Positions 8,364 to 19,151 of a DNA stretch of 64,000 bases are shown here, in pieces. The notes below the pieces were generated by a model, which saw nothing but the letters and a program-made list of their open reading frames with translations, was not told the origin of the DNA and ran no database searches. The stretch covers positions 715-64,714 of the forward strand of contig JAJZCZ010000001.1 in NCBI GenBank assembly GCA_021828805.1, in the 5' to 3' direction. The position numbers were made by a program, and so were the translations under genes. Source of the stretch: Nitrospirota bacterium (lineage in GTDB: Bacteria; Nitrospirota; Leptospirillia; Leptospirillales; Leptospirillaceae). Numbering within the stretch: the stretch's first letter is position 1; each line of letters begins with the position of its first letter.

Positions 8364-10247
8364 ATGGCGAAAAAATTCGTGCTGGTGGAGCCGAAGTCCA
8401 CCCACTTGCATGTATATAGTGCGTTCACCATTCCGAGGCTCGGAGTTATTCTTCTCGGAACGATGCTGCGCGACAGAGGCTGGGATGTTCGCGTCTATAT
8501 AGAAGACGTTGCTCCCATTGATATGAAGGAAGTTTTTTCGGCGGATATTGTCGGTATTTCAACGCTGACATCCACCGCTCCGCAGTCTTACCGGCTGGCC
8601 CAGAAGGTTCGGGAAGCAGGGATTCCTGTGGTCATAGGCGGAACCCACGTAACGTTCATGGCTGAAGAAGCCCTGGACTACTCCGACTATGTCGTTCGCG
8701 GAGAGGGTGAGGAGACTCTGTTTGAACTGATCGAGGCGATGGACGGCACACGTCCCTTCGAAAAAATCCTCGGTCTCTCCTACTGGAAGGGCGGGCGTAA
8801 ACTTCACAACCCCGACCGGCCGTTGAAGGAGGATCTTGATTCCAACCCGATCCCGGATTACAGCCTTGTCGAGGGGTGGAATACTCAAAAACGTGGTCTG
8901 ATCTCGATTGCGACCTCCCGGGGATGTCCCTTTACCTGTACCTTCTGTTCCGTTCCGGGAATGTACGGTCACGGTTTCCGCATGCACTCGATCGAACGGG
9001 TGATCGAGGAGATCCGGATCAACAATCCGAAGTATGTCTTCTTTGCTGACGATCTCTTTACAGCGAACCGGAAGAGGACAAAAGATCTTCTCAGACGCAT
9101 GATCGAGGAAGGGCTGACTCCGGAGTGGGGGGCCCAGATCCGGACCGAAACCGCTTTTGATCCCGAGTTGCTCGATTTGATGAAGGCCAGCAACTGCTTC
9201 AATGTCTTCATCGGATTTGAATCGATCAACCCTCAAACGCTTGATCTTTTCAACAAGCGTCAGACCTACGAGAAGATCGTCCGGTCCGTGGAAGCTTTCA
9301 AGAAGCATGGAATCCGCATCCACGGAATGTTTGTTGTCGGTGCCGACACCGATGACAAGGAAACAATTTTTGAAACGGCGCGTCTGGCCAGAGAGTGGGA
9401 ACTTCAGTCCATACAGCTGATGATCCTCACGCCTCTTCCCGGATCCCCCGACTTCGATCTGTTCTATGCCACGGGCAACCGGGAGCTCCTTTATAAGGAC
9501 TGGAGCCTCTATGACGGCCACCATGCCGTTTATCGCCCGAAGAACATGACCGCTTTTGAGCTTAATGATGCCGCTATTGCCGCCATGGAGGATTTCTACT
9601 CCTGGAGAAATATTGGCAAGAGTGCCATGCGACGGGATTATTATTCGACGCTGATCCAGTTTGGTGCAAAACAGCTTTTAAAGAACTGGCGCCGGGAAAA
9701 TCAGGGTTTCCTTGACGAACTCCGGTCGACGGTCTTTGAAAAGGTGGAAGAGAGTGAATCCTCTTCCGCCAGAAAACCACGCACAAACCGTGTGGGTGTT
9801 CCGAGGTTCGTTCTTGACTCGGAGCTTGGTTCGAGCCTCGTGGAATTTTTTGCGCGGCTTGGAAGTTCAGTCGTTCCCTTTTCCGAATCGTTGACCGAAG
9901 GGTCAGACGATATGGCGACCCTCTCGAGGATTGCCGGAAAGGTGGACTGTATCGTGTTGCCGGTGATGGAACGGGCGAGACAGGGAGAGGAAGAGTTCTT
10001 CTCTAAAATAGAGTCTGTGCGTAAGTGGTTTGCCAAGCACAAGAGCTCTGCCCCTGTCGCCGTCTCCCTTGTCCTTGACAAGCAGGATGGCTCGCTCTAC
10101 TCCTCGCTGGCTCAGTTGGGGGCTTTCTTTACCCAGGATCTTGACAGGGTCCACAGGGCGTACAAGGAAACAGTGGCAAAGCTCAAGCTTCCCCACCCCT
10201 CGGGGAATGATGAGTCAAAGGTTGCGCTGGTCCAGATTGCCCACTAA
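8364..10247 (+). CDS. B12-binding-domain radical SAM protein with C-terminal extension
   Basis: N-terminal Rossmann-like cobalamin-binding region (IVGISTLTSTAP...VVIGGTHVTF). CxxxCxxC motif SRGCPFTCTFCSV. 627 aa. Confidence 0.8.
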   Translation: MAKKFVLVEPKSTHLHVYSAFTIPRLGVILLGTMLRDRGWDVRVYIEDVAPIDMKEVFSADIVGISTLTSTAPQSYRLAQKVREAGIPVVIGGTHVTFMAEEALDYSDYVVRGEGEETLFELIEAMDGTRPFEKILGLSYWKGGRKLHNPDRPLKEDLDSNPIPDYSLVEGWNTQKRGLISIATSRGCPFTCTFCSVPGMYGHGFRMHSIERVIEEIRINNPKYVFFADDLFTANRKRTKDLLRRMIEEGLTPEWGAQIRTETAFDPELLDLMKASNCFNVFIGFESINPQTLDLFNKRQTYEKIVRSVEAFKKHGIRIHGMFVVGADTDDKETIFETARLAREWELQSIQLMILTPLPGSPDFDLFYATGNRELLYKDWSLYDGHHAVYRPKNMTAFELNDAAIAAMEDFYSWRNIGKSAMRRDYYSTLIQFGAKQLLKNWRRENQGFLDELRSTVFEKVEESESSSARKPRTNRVGVPRFVLDSELGSSLVEFFARLGSSVVPFSESLTEGSDDMATLSRIAGKVDCIVLPVMERARQGEEEFFSKIESVRKWFAKHKSSAPVAVSLVLDKQDGSLYSSLAQLGAFFTQDLDRVHRAYKETVAKLKLPHPSGNDESKVALVQIAH

Positions 10248-10284
10248 TTGTGGAGCCTAAGACACATTGAGGAGATGTGATTTA

Positions 10285-10734
10285 ATGGAAAAGATGACAA
10301 GAATTGCCACGCCGGAAGAGCTTTCCGGGAAAAAATGGTACGTGGTCGATGCCGCCGGAAAGACCGTCGGTCGTCTGTCGGTGGAAGTGGCGACACTTCT
10401 TCGCGGAAAGAACAAGATTTTTTACACCTCCCATCAGGATGCCGGTGACTACGTCATCGTCGTCAATGCCGCCAAGGTGGCCCTGACCGGCAAGAAGTGG
10501 TCCCAGAAGATGTACTATCGGCACAGCGGTTATCCTGGAGGTTTCAAGTCGGCAACGGCCAAGGAGGTTCGCGAGCGTAAGCCCGAGCACCTGATCGTTC
10601 ATGCCGTCAAGGGAATGCTTCCGAAGAACAAGCTGGCCAACCAGTTCATGAGCCGGCTCAAGGTCTATGCTGCGGAGGCTCATCCCCATCAGGCCCAGAA
10701 TCCCGAAGTTTATGCCATTGCAGGAGGTCGCTGA
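10285..10734 (+). CDS. rplM: 50S ribosomal protein L13
   Basis: [27 protein letters not shown] is typical of L13. The ATG at 10285 follows a GAGGAG RBS. Confidence 0.95.
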   Translation: MEKMTRIATPEELSGKKWYVVDAAGKTVGRLSVEVATLLRGKNKIFYTSHQDAGDYVIVVNAAKVALTGKKWSQKMYYRHSGYPGGFKSATAKEVRERKPEHLIVHAVKGMLPKNKLANQFMSRLKVYAAEAHPHQAQNPEVYAIAGGR

Positions 10735-11141
10735 TGGAGAGAGAGCATAATGAAGACGGCCGCGGCGCCGCGACCGGAAAGAGAAAAACCGCTATCGCCA
10801 GAGTGCGTGTGCAGAGTGGAACCGGCCAGATCCAGGTGAACGACCGCCCTCTCGAAGAGTACTTTCCCCGGACCCTGTGGGCAAGCCAGGTAAAGGCTCC
10901 CATCGAGATCACGAATATGACCGGTAAGCTCGACATCTTTGCCAAGGTTACCGGAGGCGGGCTCACCGGCCAGGCTGAAGCCATCCGCCATGGGATCTCG
11001 CGCGCCCTGCTCGAGATCAATCCGGAGTTCCGTGAGCCTCTCAAAAAAGAGGGTTTTCTCACCCGCGATGCCCGCGTGAAGGAGCGTAAAAAGTTCGGTC
11101 AGAAAGGCGCTCGCAAGAGATTCCAGTTCTCCAAGCGCTAG
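10734..11141 (+). CDS. rpsI: 30S ribosomal protein S9
   Basis: [10 protein letters not shown]...[19 protein letters not shown]...[17 protein letters not shown]. Start shares a base with the rplM stop. Confidence 0.95.
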   Translation: MEREHNEDGRGAATGKRKTAIARVRVQSGTGQIQVNDRPLEEYFPRTLWASQVKAPIEITNMTGKLDIFAKVTGGGLTGQAEAIRHGISRALLEINPEFREPLKKEGFLTRDARVKERKKFGQKGARKRFQFSKR

Positions 11142-11167
11142 ATCGCATCATTCCTTATTTCCGAAAA

Positions 11168-11195
11168 GGGGGAGACGCGTGTCTCCCCTTTTTTT
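11168..11195 (+). terminator. Rho-independent terminator after rplM-rpsI
   Basis: Stem GGGGGAGAC / GTCTCCCC with a short loop, followed by a run of 7 T. Confidence 0.8.
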
Positions 11196-11232
11196 GGTCC
11201 AAATCGAAAGACTCATTTGTGAAAATTACAGG

Positions 11233-12258
11233 ATGACAAACACGCTCAGAGTGGGAATTGTCGGGGCTTCAGGATATGCCGGCGGGGAACTTCTGCGTCT
11301 TTTTTCCTCCCATCCGGGCGCGGAGGTTGTCCGGATTGCGGGGGAGTCAAAGGCAGGGGGTACGATCGGGTCTGTTTTTCCCCATCTGAGACACTCCCTG
11401 ACCTTTGAAAAGGTCTCGGAGAAGCCCTTCTGGACCGATGTGGATGCCGTTTTCTTCGCCTTGCCGGCGGGTCAGTCCTTTGACCTGGTCAGACGGTACC
11501 GGGAAAGCGGAGTTCCCGTCTTCGACCTTGGGCCGGACTACCGGTTAAAAACTCCCGAGCTTTACCGGAAGGTCTACGGAATGGACCACGGGGATCCGAA
11601 AGGTCTTGAAGAGGCCGTCTATGGCCTTCCCGAATGGGCGGGAGATCGCCTGGTAACCGCTCCTGTGGTCGCCTGTCCCGGATGCTTTCCGACGGGGGCC
11701 CTCATGGGTCTTCTTCCCTTTTTCAGGGAGGAGCTTGTCGTGGAAGGTTCCGCCGTCATCGATGGAAAGTCCGGTATCAGCGGCGCGGGCAGGGGGCTTT
11801 CCCTTGAGACGCATTTTCCCGAGATCGCGGAAGGAATGGCGGCTTACAAGGTGCTTGAGCACCGCCACATTCCCGAGATGGAACAATGTCTGGCTCCTTT
11901 CGGAGCGGGGGAGGTCACCTTCGTTCCCCACCTTGTTCCGATGAGCCGCGGCATCCTTTCGACCCTCTACATGACGCTCCGGAAATCGGCCACTCAGGAA
12001 GAGATGGAATCGACGGTCGACCGTTGTTACGAGGGAAGTCCTTTTGTCAGGCGGGTGGGAGCTCCCCCCAACCCGCTCCATGTCCGGGGAACGAACGAGG
12101 TTCTTCTCCACGTCCGGACCCGGGGGCGGAGACTTGTTGTAGTGACGGCCATCGACAACCTTGTCCGGGGAGCCGGAGGGCAGGGAATCCAGGCGATGAA
12201 CCGACGGTTTGGCCTTCCCGAAACACAGGGAATTTCGGGGCCGGCCCTCTTTCCCTGA
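11233..12258 (+). CDS. argC: N-acetyl-gamma-glutamyl-phosphate reductase
   Basis: VGIVGASGYAGGELLRL NAD-binding motif and active-site Cys in ACPGCFPTG. The internal ATG at 11233 was chosen because 11179 lies inside the terminator. Confidence 0.9.
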   Translation: MTNTLRVGIVGASGYAGGELLRLFSSHPGAEVVRIAGESKAGGTIGSVFPHLRHSLTFEKVSEKPFWTDVDAVFFALPAGQSFDLVRRYRESGVPVFDLGPDYRLKTPELYRKVYGMDHGDPKGLEEAVYGLPEWAGDRLVTAPVVACPGCFPTGALMGLLPFFREELVVEGSAVIDGKSGISGAGRGLSLETHFPEIAEGMAAYKVLEHRHIPEMEQCLAPFGAGEVTFVPHLVPMSRGILSTLYMTLRKSATQEEMESTVDRCYEGSPFVRRVGAPPNPLHVRGTNEVLLHVRTRGRRLVVVTAIDNLVRGAGGQGIQAMNRRFGLPETQGISGPALFP

Positions 12259-12278
12259 CCTTTGCCAAGGAGGACTCC

Positions 12279-12776
12279 ATGACCTCACAGGATTGTCTGA
12301 CTGCCATGCATGCCGGAAGGCTCCGGAGTGTTTTCCTCCGTTACGGAGTCGGGGTCTTGTTGACGGCTCTCTTCTTGGTTTCGGGAGCCCCCGGCAGGGC
12401 CGGGGCCGAGGCTCCCCTGCACTTCAAGGCGGGAGAGTGGAAGATTGATGCCGTGATGACAATGAAATCGGCGGCTCCCGGAATGCCGGAAATGCCGCCC
12501 CGCGAGTCGTCTCTCCTGAAATGTCTCACGTCCCGTCATCTTGTTCCCGACCAGAAGGCCAGGATGCCGAAAGGTTGCACCATGACCCGCCATCTGTCCG
12601 GGGATACCCTGACCGTGAGCGTTCGCTGCGAGAAGTCGGTCACCACGGGGAGCTATACCTATTCGGGAAGATCCTTCAGCGGTCAGAGCGTGACGACCAT
12701 GAAGGGGCTTCCGATGACAATGGAGACGCGGTTCAAGGGGCACTATATCGGCCCCTGTCGCCAGTCGGCCCGGTAG
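12279..12776 (+). CDS. Hypothetical secreted protein (DUF3617-like pattern)
   Basis: ATG at 12279 follows AAGGAGG. Signal peptide present, and conserved Cys spacing (LLKCLT...GCTM...VSVRC). The longer track ORF starting at 11886 overlaps argC and was rejected. Confidence 0.45.
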   Translation: MTSQDCLTAMHAGRLRSVFLRYGVGVLLTALFLVSGAPGRAGAEAPLHFKAGEWKIDAVMTMKSAAPGMPEMPPRESSLLKCLTSRHLVPDQKARMPKGCTMTRHLSGDTLTVSVRCEKSVTTGSYTYSGRSFSGQSVTTMKGLPMTMETRFKGHYIGPCRQSAR

Positions 12777-12895
12777 AATCCGGGAACGGAGCCAGCTCCT
12801 GAAGAGTCTGGAAATGTCTGTTGCAAGGGAAAAAAAGCGCGAGTGGTACAACGTGGATGCTGTCCCCCCAGGGAGGGACAGGATGAAGGAAGGGT

Positions 12896-14113
12896 ATGTC
12901 TAAGAAGAAAAGCGAAGGCGGGATTACCTATCCCCTGGGTTTTCGGGCATCGGGCCTTGTCTCCGGAGTCAAGAAGAATGGCAACCCCGACCTTGCCCTG
13001 ATTGTCTCCGATTCCGACTGCGTGGCCGCCGGGGTTTTCACGACCAACCAGGTCAAGGCTCCCGCTGTACGGATCAGCAGCCGGCGGGTTCGGGGCTCCG
13101 GGCTCCGGGCCATCATTGTCAACAGTGGCAATGCCAACGCCTGTAACGGGGAGGCAGGGGAAAAAGATGCCCTTGCCATCGGGGAAAAGCTCTCCCTCCA
13201 TCTGGGATGCGATCCGAAAAAGATCCTTCTGGCCTCGACCGGGGTGATCGGCCGCCCCCTCGACATGAAGAAAATTGTCTCAGCGCTTCCCCGGCTGGTC
13301 GACTCTGCCACGCGGGAAGGTTTTGAGGATTGTGCCCGGGGGATTATGACCACCGACACGCGATCCAAATCGGCGGAGGCGGAAGGAACGGTCCTGGGAA
13401 AAAAGGTCCGGGTAGGGGGAATTGCCAAGGGAGTGGGGATGATTCATCCCCAGATGGCAACCTTGCTTGTCTTTCTCACTACAGATGCCGCCGTGGAAAA
13501 GGAGGCGCTGAAGACCCTTCTTTCTCAGGTGGCGGACCGGACCTTCAATGCGCTGACAGTCGACGGGGATACCAGCACAAATGACACGGCGCTGATCCTC
13601 GCAAACGGTCAGGCGGGCAATGCTCCCGTGGCAAAGAACAGGGAGGGCTACCAGGAACTTTTATCGCTGGTTCTTTCCGTGTGCGAATCGCTTCGGGACC
13701 AGCTCATCCGGGATGGGGAGGGGGTCACAAAGGTGATCCGGATCGTCGTGGGAGGGGCCAGAACAAAGAATGATGCCCGGAAAGTGGCCCAGTCGATCGC
13801 CCGTTCCCTTCTCGTCAAAACGGCCTTTTTCGGGGAGGATGTGAACTGGGGCCGGATCATGGTGGCGGTCGGCAATTCCGGTGTCAGAGTCTATGAGGAG
13901 AGAATCGATATTTTTATGGGGGAGGTTGTCCTTGTTCATCGCGGGGTGGGGCTGGGCCCTCTTCAGGAGGAAAAAGCCCTTGAGGTGATGAAAAAAAAGG
14001 AGATCACCCTTCGGGTCATGCTGGGGATCGGTTCGATGGAGGCCGAGTACTGGACGACGGATCTGTCGGTTGAGTATGTGCGGATTAACGCAGGGTACAA
14101 AGGAAGAACCTGA
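12896..14113 (+). CDS. argJ: Bifunctional ornithine acetyltransferase / N-acetylglutamate synthase
   Basis: GFRASG, NSGNANACNG, and the autoprocessing site HPQMATLLVFLTTDA. Confidence 0.9.
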   Translation: MSKKKSEGGITYPLGFRASGLVSGVKKNGNPDLALIVSDSDCVAAGVFTTNQVKAPAVRISSRRVRGSGLRAIIVNSGNANACNGEAGEKDALAIGEKLSLHLGCDPKKILLASTGVIGRPLDMKKIVSALPRLVDSATREGFEDCARGIMTTDTRSKSAEAEGTVLGKKVRVGGIAKGVGMIHPQMATLLVFLTTDAAVEKEALKTLLSQVADRTFNALTVDGDTSTNDTALILANGQAGNAPVAKNREGYQELLSLVLSVCESLRDQLIRDGEGVTKVIRIVVGGARTKNDARKVAQSIARSLLVKTAFFGEDVNWGRIMVAVGNSGVRVYEERIDIFMGEVVLVHRGVGLGPLQEEKALEVMKKKEITLRVMLGIGSMEAEYWTTDLSVEYVRINAGYKGRT

Positions 14114-14398
14114 TCTGTTTGAGTAAAAAGTTTATTTGTGGTAAAAGTAAATGTTTTCCGGAGTGGATGGCGACACCACTTTTCAGGAGTTCCCCGAAGA
14201 AATCGGGGAAGGGAAGTCTTCATCAGGAAGACCTTTCCAAACAGGGGTAGAGGGTGACAATGGGTCACCTCCCCCGTGAACGTCGATAGCGAACCGCGGA
14301 GACAATCCGTTAACCCACGGGTCCGCACAGGCCAGCGTCGCCGAATGGCCTGACGGCGGGACAGGTTCGCAGGACTCAACCCAAAGAAAGGGACAAGA
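14114..14398 (+). promoter_or_regulatory. Long structured leader upstream of rpsB (candidate S2 autoregulatory 5' UTR)
   Basis: 285 nt with no credible ORF. Three perfect 6-bp stem / 5-nt loop hairpins at 14192-14208, 14216-14232 and 14253-14269, plus further GC stems downstream. Confidence 0.3.
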
Positions 14399-15166
14399 AT
14401 GTCATCAGTGACCATCAAGGAACTTCTCGACGCCGGAGTCCACTTCGGCCATCAGGCAAAGCGCTGGAACCCGAAAATGAAGCGCTTTATTTACGGAGAG
14501 CGCAACGGGATCTATATCATTGATCTTCAGCAGACCACCCGCCGCTATCGCCAGGCGACCGCCTTCATCAAGAAGATCGTGGGAGACGGAAAGTCTGTCC
14601 TCTTCATTGCCACCAAGAAGCAGGCCCAGTCCATCGTCGTTGAGGAGGCAGAGCGTTGTGGCATGTTCCACGTGACCCAGCGCTGGCTCGGAGGGATGCT
14701 GACGAACCACCAGACCATCCGGAAATCCGTTGACCGCCTGAAAAAGATCGAGGCGATGAAGGAAGGGGAGCAGTGGGCCCGTCTTCCCAAGAAAGAGATT
14801 GCCCAGCTCGAGAAGGAAGAGTCGAAGCTTCAGGCAACCCTTTCCGGAATTCGTGGAATGTCCCAGCTTCCGGGCGCGGTCTTCGTTATCGACCCCAAGA
14901 AGGAGCATATCGCGATCCATGAAGCCAACCGCCTGGGAATTCCCGTGGTGGCCATGGTCGACACGAATTGCGACCCTGATCTGATTGATTTCCCGATTCC
15001 GGCCAACGACGATGCCATCCGCTCGATCCGTCTGATTGCCTCCGGCATTGCCGAGGCTGTGATCGAAGGGGGTATTTCCCGACGGTCTTCCCAGAAAGCC
15101 CCTGATACCGCTTCCGTCAATGCAGAACTGGAAGAGGCCTTCGTTGCGGGTGAGGAAAAAGCCTAA
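14399..15166 (+). CDS. rpsB: 30S ribosomal protein S2
   Basis: [19 protein letters not shown] and [33 protein letters not shown]. Confidence 0.95.
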   Translation: MSSVTIKELLDAGVHFGHQAKRWNPKMKRFIYGERNGIYIIDLQQTTRRYRQATAFIKKIVGDGKSVLFIATKKQAQSIVVEEAERCGMFHVTQRWLGGMLTNHQTIRKSVDRLKKIEAMKEGEQWARLPKKEIAQLEKEESKLQATLSGIRGMSQLPGAVFVIDPKKEHIAIHEANRLGIPVVAMVDTNCDPDLIDFPIPANDDAIRSIRLIASGIAEAVIEGGISRRSSQKAPDTASVNAELEEAFVAGEEKA

Positions 15167-15269
15167 GAATCTGAATGGATCGGATGAGATGTCTGGGTCC
15201 CTCCCCTACCGGTAATCCGGGGGAGGGGGGCCGACATGGGGACTTTAGAAAACGGAGGAACCGAAAGAA

Positions 15270-16582
<1,313 letters not shown>

Positions 16583-16613
16583 ACCCGGAAGCCGGGAATA
16601 GGGAGGTAAGCTC

Positions 16614-17168
16614 GTGGACTCTGATCTCAAGGGACATAGCGTCAAGATGGATCAGGCGGTGGACCATTTCCGGAAGGAAATCTCGACCCTTCGGACGGGA
16701 AGACCTTCCCTGGCGCTCGTGGAGCATGTTCGCCTCGATTACTATGGTAACCAGGTCTCTCTCGACAAGGTTGCGGCGTTAAATATCGTCGATAACCGGA
16801 TGATCACGATTACTCCGTGGGAAACAAAGGTGATCCCGGAGATCGAAAAGGCGATCATGGCGGCAAATCTTGGCCTGACTCCCCAAAATGATGGCAAGTG
16901 TGTCCGGCTTGTCGTTCCTCCCATGACGGAGGAGCGGCGCAAGGATCTCGTGAAGCTTCTCAAGAAAATGGCCGAGGAGACCAAGGTTTCCCTCCGCAAT
17001 ATTCGCCGGGATGCCAACGAGGATCTCAAGAAAAAGTCCAAGGACGGAATCTTGACGGATGACCGGGTCAAGCGTCTTCAGGAAGAGGTTCAGAAGCTCG
17101 TCGACGGAGCCTCCGCCAAGGTCGATGAGCATGCGAAGAAAAAGGAGCAGGAAATTCTGTCGACCTGA
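16614..17168 (+). CDS. frr: Ribosome recycling factor
   Basis: 184 aa with LRTGRPSLALVEHVRLDYYG and LVVPPMTEERRKDLVK. Confidence 0.95.
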   Translation: MDSDLKGHSVKMDQAVDHFRKEISTLRTGRPSLALVEHVRLDYYGNQVSLDKVAALNIVDNRMITITPWETKVIPEIEKAIMAANLGLTPQNDGKCVRLVVPPMTEERRKDLVKLLKKMAEETKVSLRNIRRDANEDLKKKSKDGILTDDRVKRLQEEVQKLVDGASAKVDEHAKKKEQEILST

Positions 17169-17185
17169 TCCTACGCGCTGACCCC

Positions 17186-18397
17186 ATGACCTCCTCCCTC
17201 TGCTCCTCCCGTGTTGGTTATCCCCTGCATCGCAGCCGTGTCATCATCGATCTCGACGGTCTTCTCGAAAACGTCAGGGCAATCCGAAAGGCCCTTCCGT
17301 CGGGAGCGGACCTTCTCCCTGTCATCAAGTCGAACGCCTATGGCCATGGGATCCTGCCTGTTTCCCGGGCGATGTTCCAAGCGGGTCTTTCCCGTGTCGC
17401 CGTCATGGGAGTCGACGAAGGCTGCCTTCTCCGGGATTCCGGCTTTTCAGGACAGATCGTTCTTCTTGGAGGATTTTCTCCGGAAGAGATTCCTCTTTGC
17501 CGAAGTCTTCTCCTGACTCCCGTTATTCATCATATTGATCAGGTTGCGGCACTGGATCTTGACCCGTCTTCCGCTCCTTCCATGGGGATCCACGTCAAAA
17601 TTGATTCCGGAATGGGGCGTCTGGGATTTTTACCGCAGGACTTTCCGGCTGTTCTTGATCGACTTGGGCAGATTCCTTCTGTCAGGATTGAGGGGCTGAT
17701 GACTCATTTCCCCGATCCGGAGAACAGGGAGGATACCGCCAGCTGCCAAAAGGCTTTCCGGACAGCCATCCTTTCCTCTTTCACGCATCCGGCCCTTTCC
17801 GGATTGACGGTGATCCATATGGCCAGCAGTGGAGCGATTCTTGCGGGTGAGGTGGAGATTGATCTCCCCCTTCATCCTTCCGGAAGAAAGATTGCTTTCT
17901 GGGCGCGGCCGGGACTTCTTCTCTATGGACACTATCCAGGGGTCCGGGATCCCCGGATTCCCGTCCGTCCCGTCTTTGGTGTCGATGCCAGACTGTTGGC
18001 CGTCCGTGCGCTTCCCCGGGGGAGCTCGGTCTCCTATGGCCGCACGGTGACCCTTTCCCGGGACAGCCGGGTCGGAATTCTTGGGATGGGATATGCCGAC
18101 GGCCTCCCCCGGCTTCTGTCAGGAAAGGGATGGGCGACCGTGGCCGGGCGACGTGCCCCCTTTCTTGGGCGAGTCTGTATGGACATGGTGGCCGTCGACC
18201 TGACGGATATCCCGGCGGAAGAGCTTCCCTCCGAATGGATCTCCCTGATCGATCCGGAGAATCCGCTCTCCCTCAGCGTTGACCGTCTTGCCAAAGAGGG
18301 AGGGACGATCCCCTACGAGGTTCTCTGTCTCTTGGGCCACCGGTCCGAAAGGAGATATGTTGGAATCCCGTCCCAGGCTCCGGATGAACGTGTTTAA
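17186..18397 (+). CDS. alr: Alanine racemase
   Basis: PLP-lysine motif PVIKSNAYGHG and C-terminal YGR...GMGYADG...GRVCMD. Confidence 0.85.
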   Translation: MTSSLCSSRVGYPLHRSRVIIDLDGLLENVRAIRKALPSGADLLPVIKSNAYGHGILPVSRAMFQAGLSRVAVMGVDEGCLLRDSGFSGQIVLLGGFSPEEIPLCRSLLLTPVIHHIDQVAALDLDPSSAPSMGIHVKIDSGMGRLGFLPQDFPAVLDRLGQIPSVRIEGLMTHFPDPENREDTASCQKAFRTAILSSFTHPALSGLTVIHMASSGAILAGEVEIDLPLHPSGRKIAFWARPGLLLYGHYPGVRDPRIPVRPVFGVDARLLAVRALPRGSSVSYGRTVTLSRDSRVGILGMGYADGLPRLLSGKGWATVAGRRAPFLGRVCMDMVAVDLTDIPAEELPSEWISLIDPENPLSLSVDRLAKEGGTIPYEVLCLLGHRSERRYVGIPSQAPDERV

Positions 18398-19151
18398 GGG
18401 GCTCCCCAGCCGACTGCTGAAAGTTCCGGAGGTTGCCGGGGCGCTCTTTGAGATGGGGCTCTCCGGTCTCCGGGGGATTTTCCGCCCCTCCTTTCTCGGA
18501 AAAAACTTTTTCGAGCAGCTTCTTCGGATCGGGGCCGATTCAACCCTGGTGGTGGTTGTGACCGCCTTCTTCACGGGGATGGTCCTGGCTCTCCAGGCGT
18601 GGATCGGATTCCGGAAATTCAATGCCGAAGGCCTTGTTGGTGCGGTGGTGACCCTGTCCATGACACGGGAGCTCGGCCCCGTCATTACGAGCCTCATGGT
18701 GACCGGCCGCTCTGGTTCGGCCATGGCGGCTGAGCTTGGAAGCATGAGAGTCAGCGAGCAGATTGATGCGCTTGAAACTCTTGCCGTTGATCCCGTCGAC
18801 TATCTTGTGACACCGAGGCTCTATGCCTCTCTGGTGGCTCTTCCCTTGTTGACGGCCCTGGCAGACCTTGTCGGAATCGGGGGCGGCTACATCGTCGCGG
18901 TAAAAATTCTGGGTCTCTCTCCCCATCTTTATTTTCAGGAGATCACCCACTACGTGGATCTCCACGATTTCATCTCAGGGATCGTGAAGTCGGTCTTCTT
19001 CGGCGGACTTCTCGCCCTCTGGGCCTGCCGAACGGGTTTTGTCGCCTCCGGAGGAGCCGCAGGGGTTGGCCGTGCCGTGACCTTTGCGGTGGTGAGCGGG
19101 TCGATGAGCATTCTTATTGTGGACTACTTTTTGACGGCCTGGCTCTTCTGA
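18357..19151 (+). CDS. mlaE: Phospholipid ABC transporter permease MlaE
   Basis: ATG at 18357 follows AAAGGAG. MlaE-like TRELGPVITSLMVTGRSGSAMAAELGSMRVSEQIDAL. Confidence 0.85.
   Translation: MLESRPRLRMNVFKGLPSRLLKVPEVAGALFEMGLSGLRGIFRPSFLGKNFFEQLLRIGADSTLVVVVTAFFTGMVLALQAWIGFRKFNAEGLVGAVVTLSMTRELGPVITSLMVTGRSGSAMAAELGSMRVSEQIDALETLAVDPVDYLVTPRLYASLVALPLLTALADLVGIGGGYIVAVKILGLSPHLYFQEITHYVDLHDFISGIVKSVFFGGLLALWACRTGFVASGGAAGVGRAVTFAVVSGSMSILIVDYFLTAWLF

Noticed and set aside
11886-12278. N-terminal extension of track ORF 11886-12776, overlapping argC.
   Set aside because: It overlaps the well-supported argC frame and has Arg/Pro/Gly-rich composition. A strong RBS and ATG at 12279 give a sensible signal-peptide protein.
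15199-15227. Hairpin CCCTCCCC...GGGGAGGG between rpsB and tsf, considered as an intrinsic terminator or attenuator.
   Set aside because: It has a 13-nt loop and no downstream T-run, so it may be structural but is not a convincing terminator.
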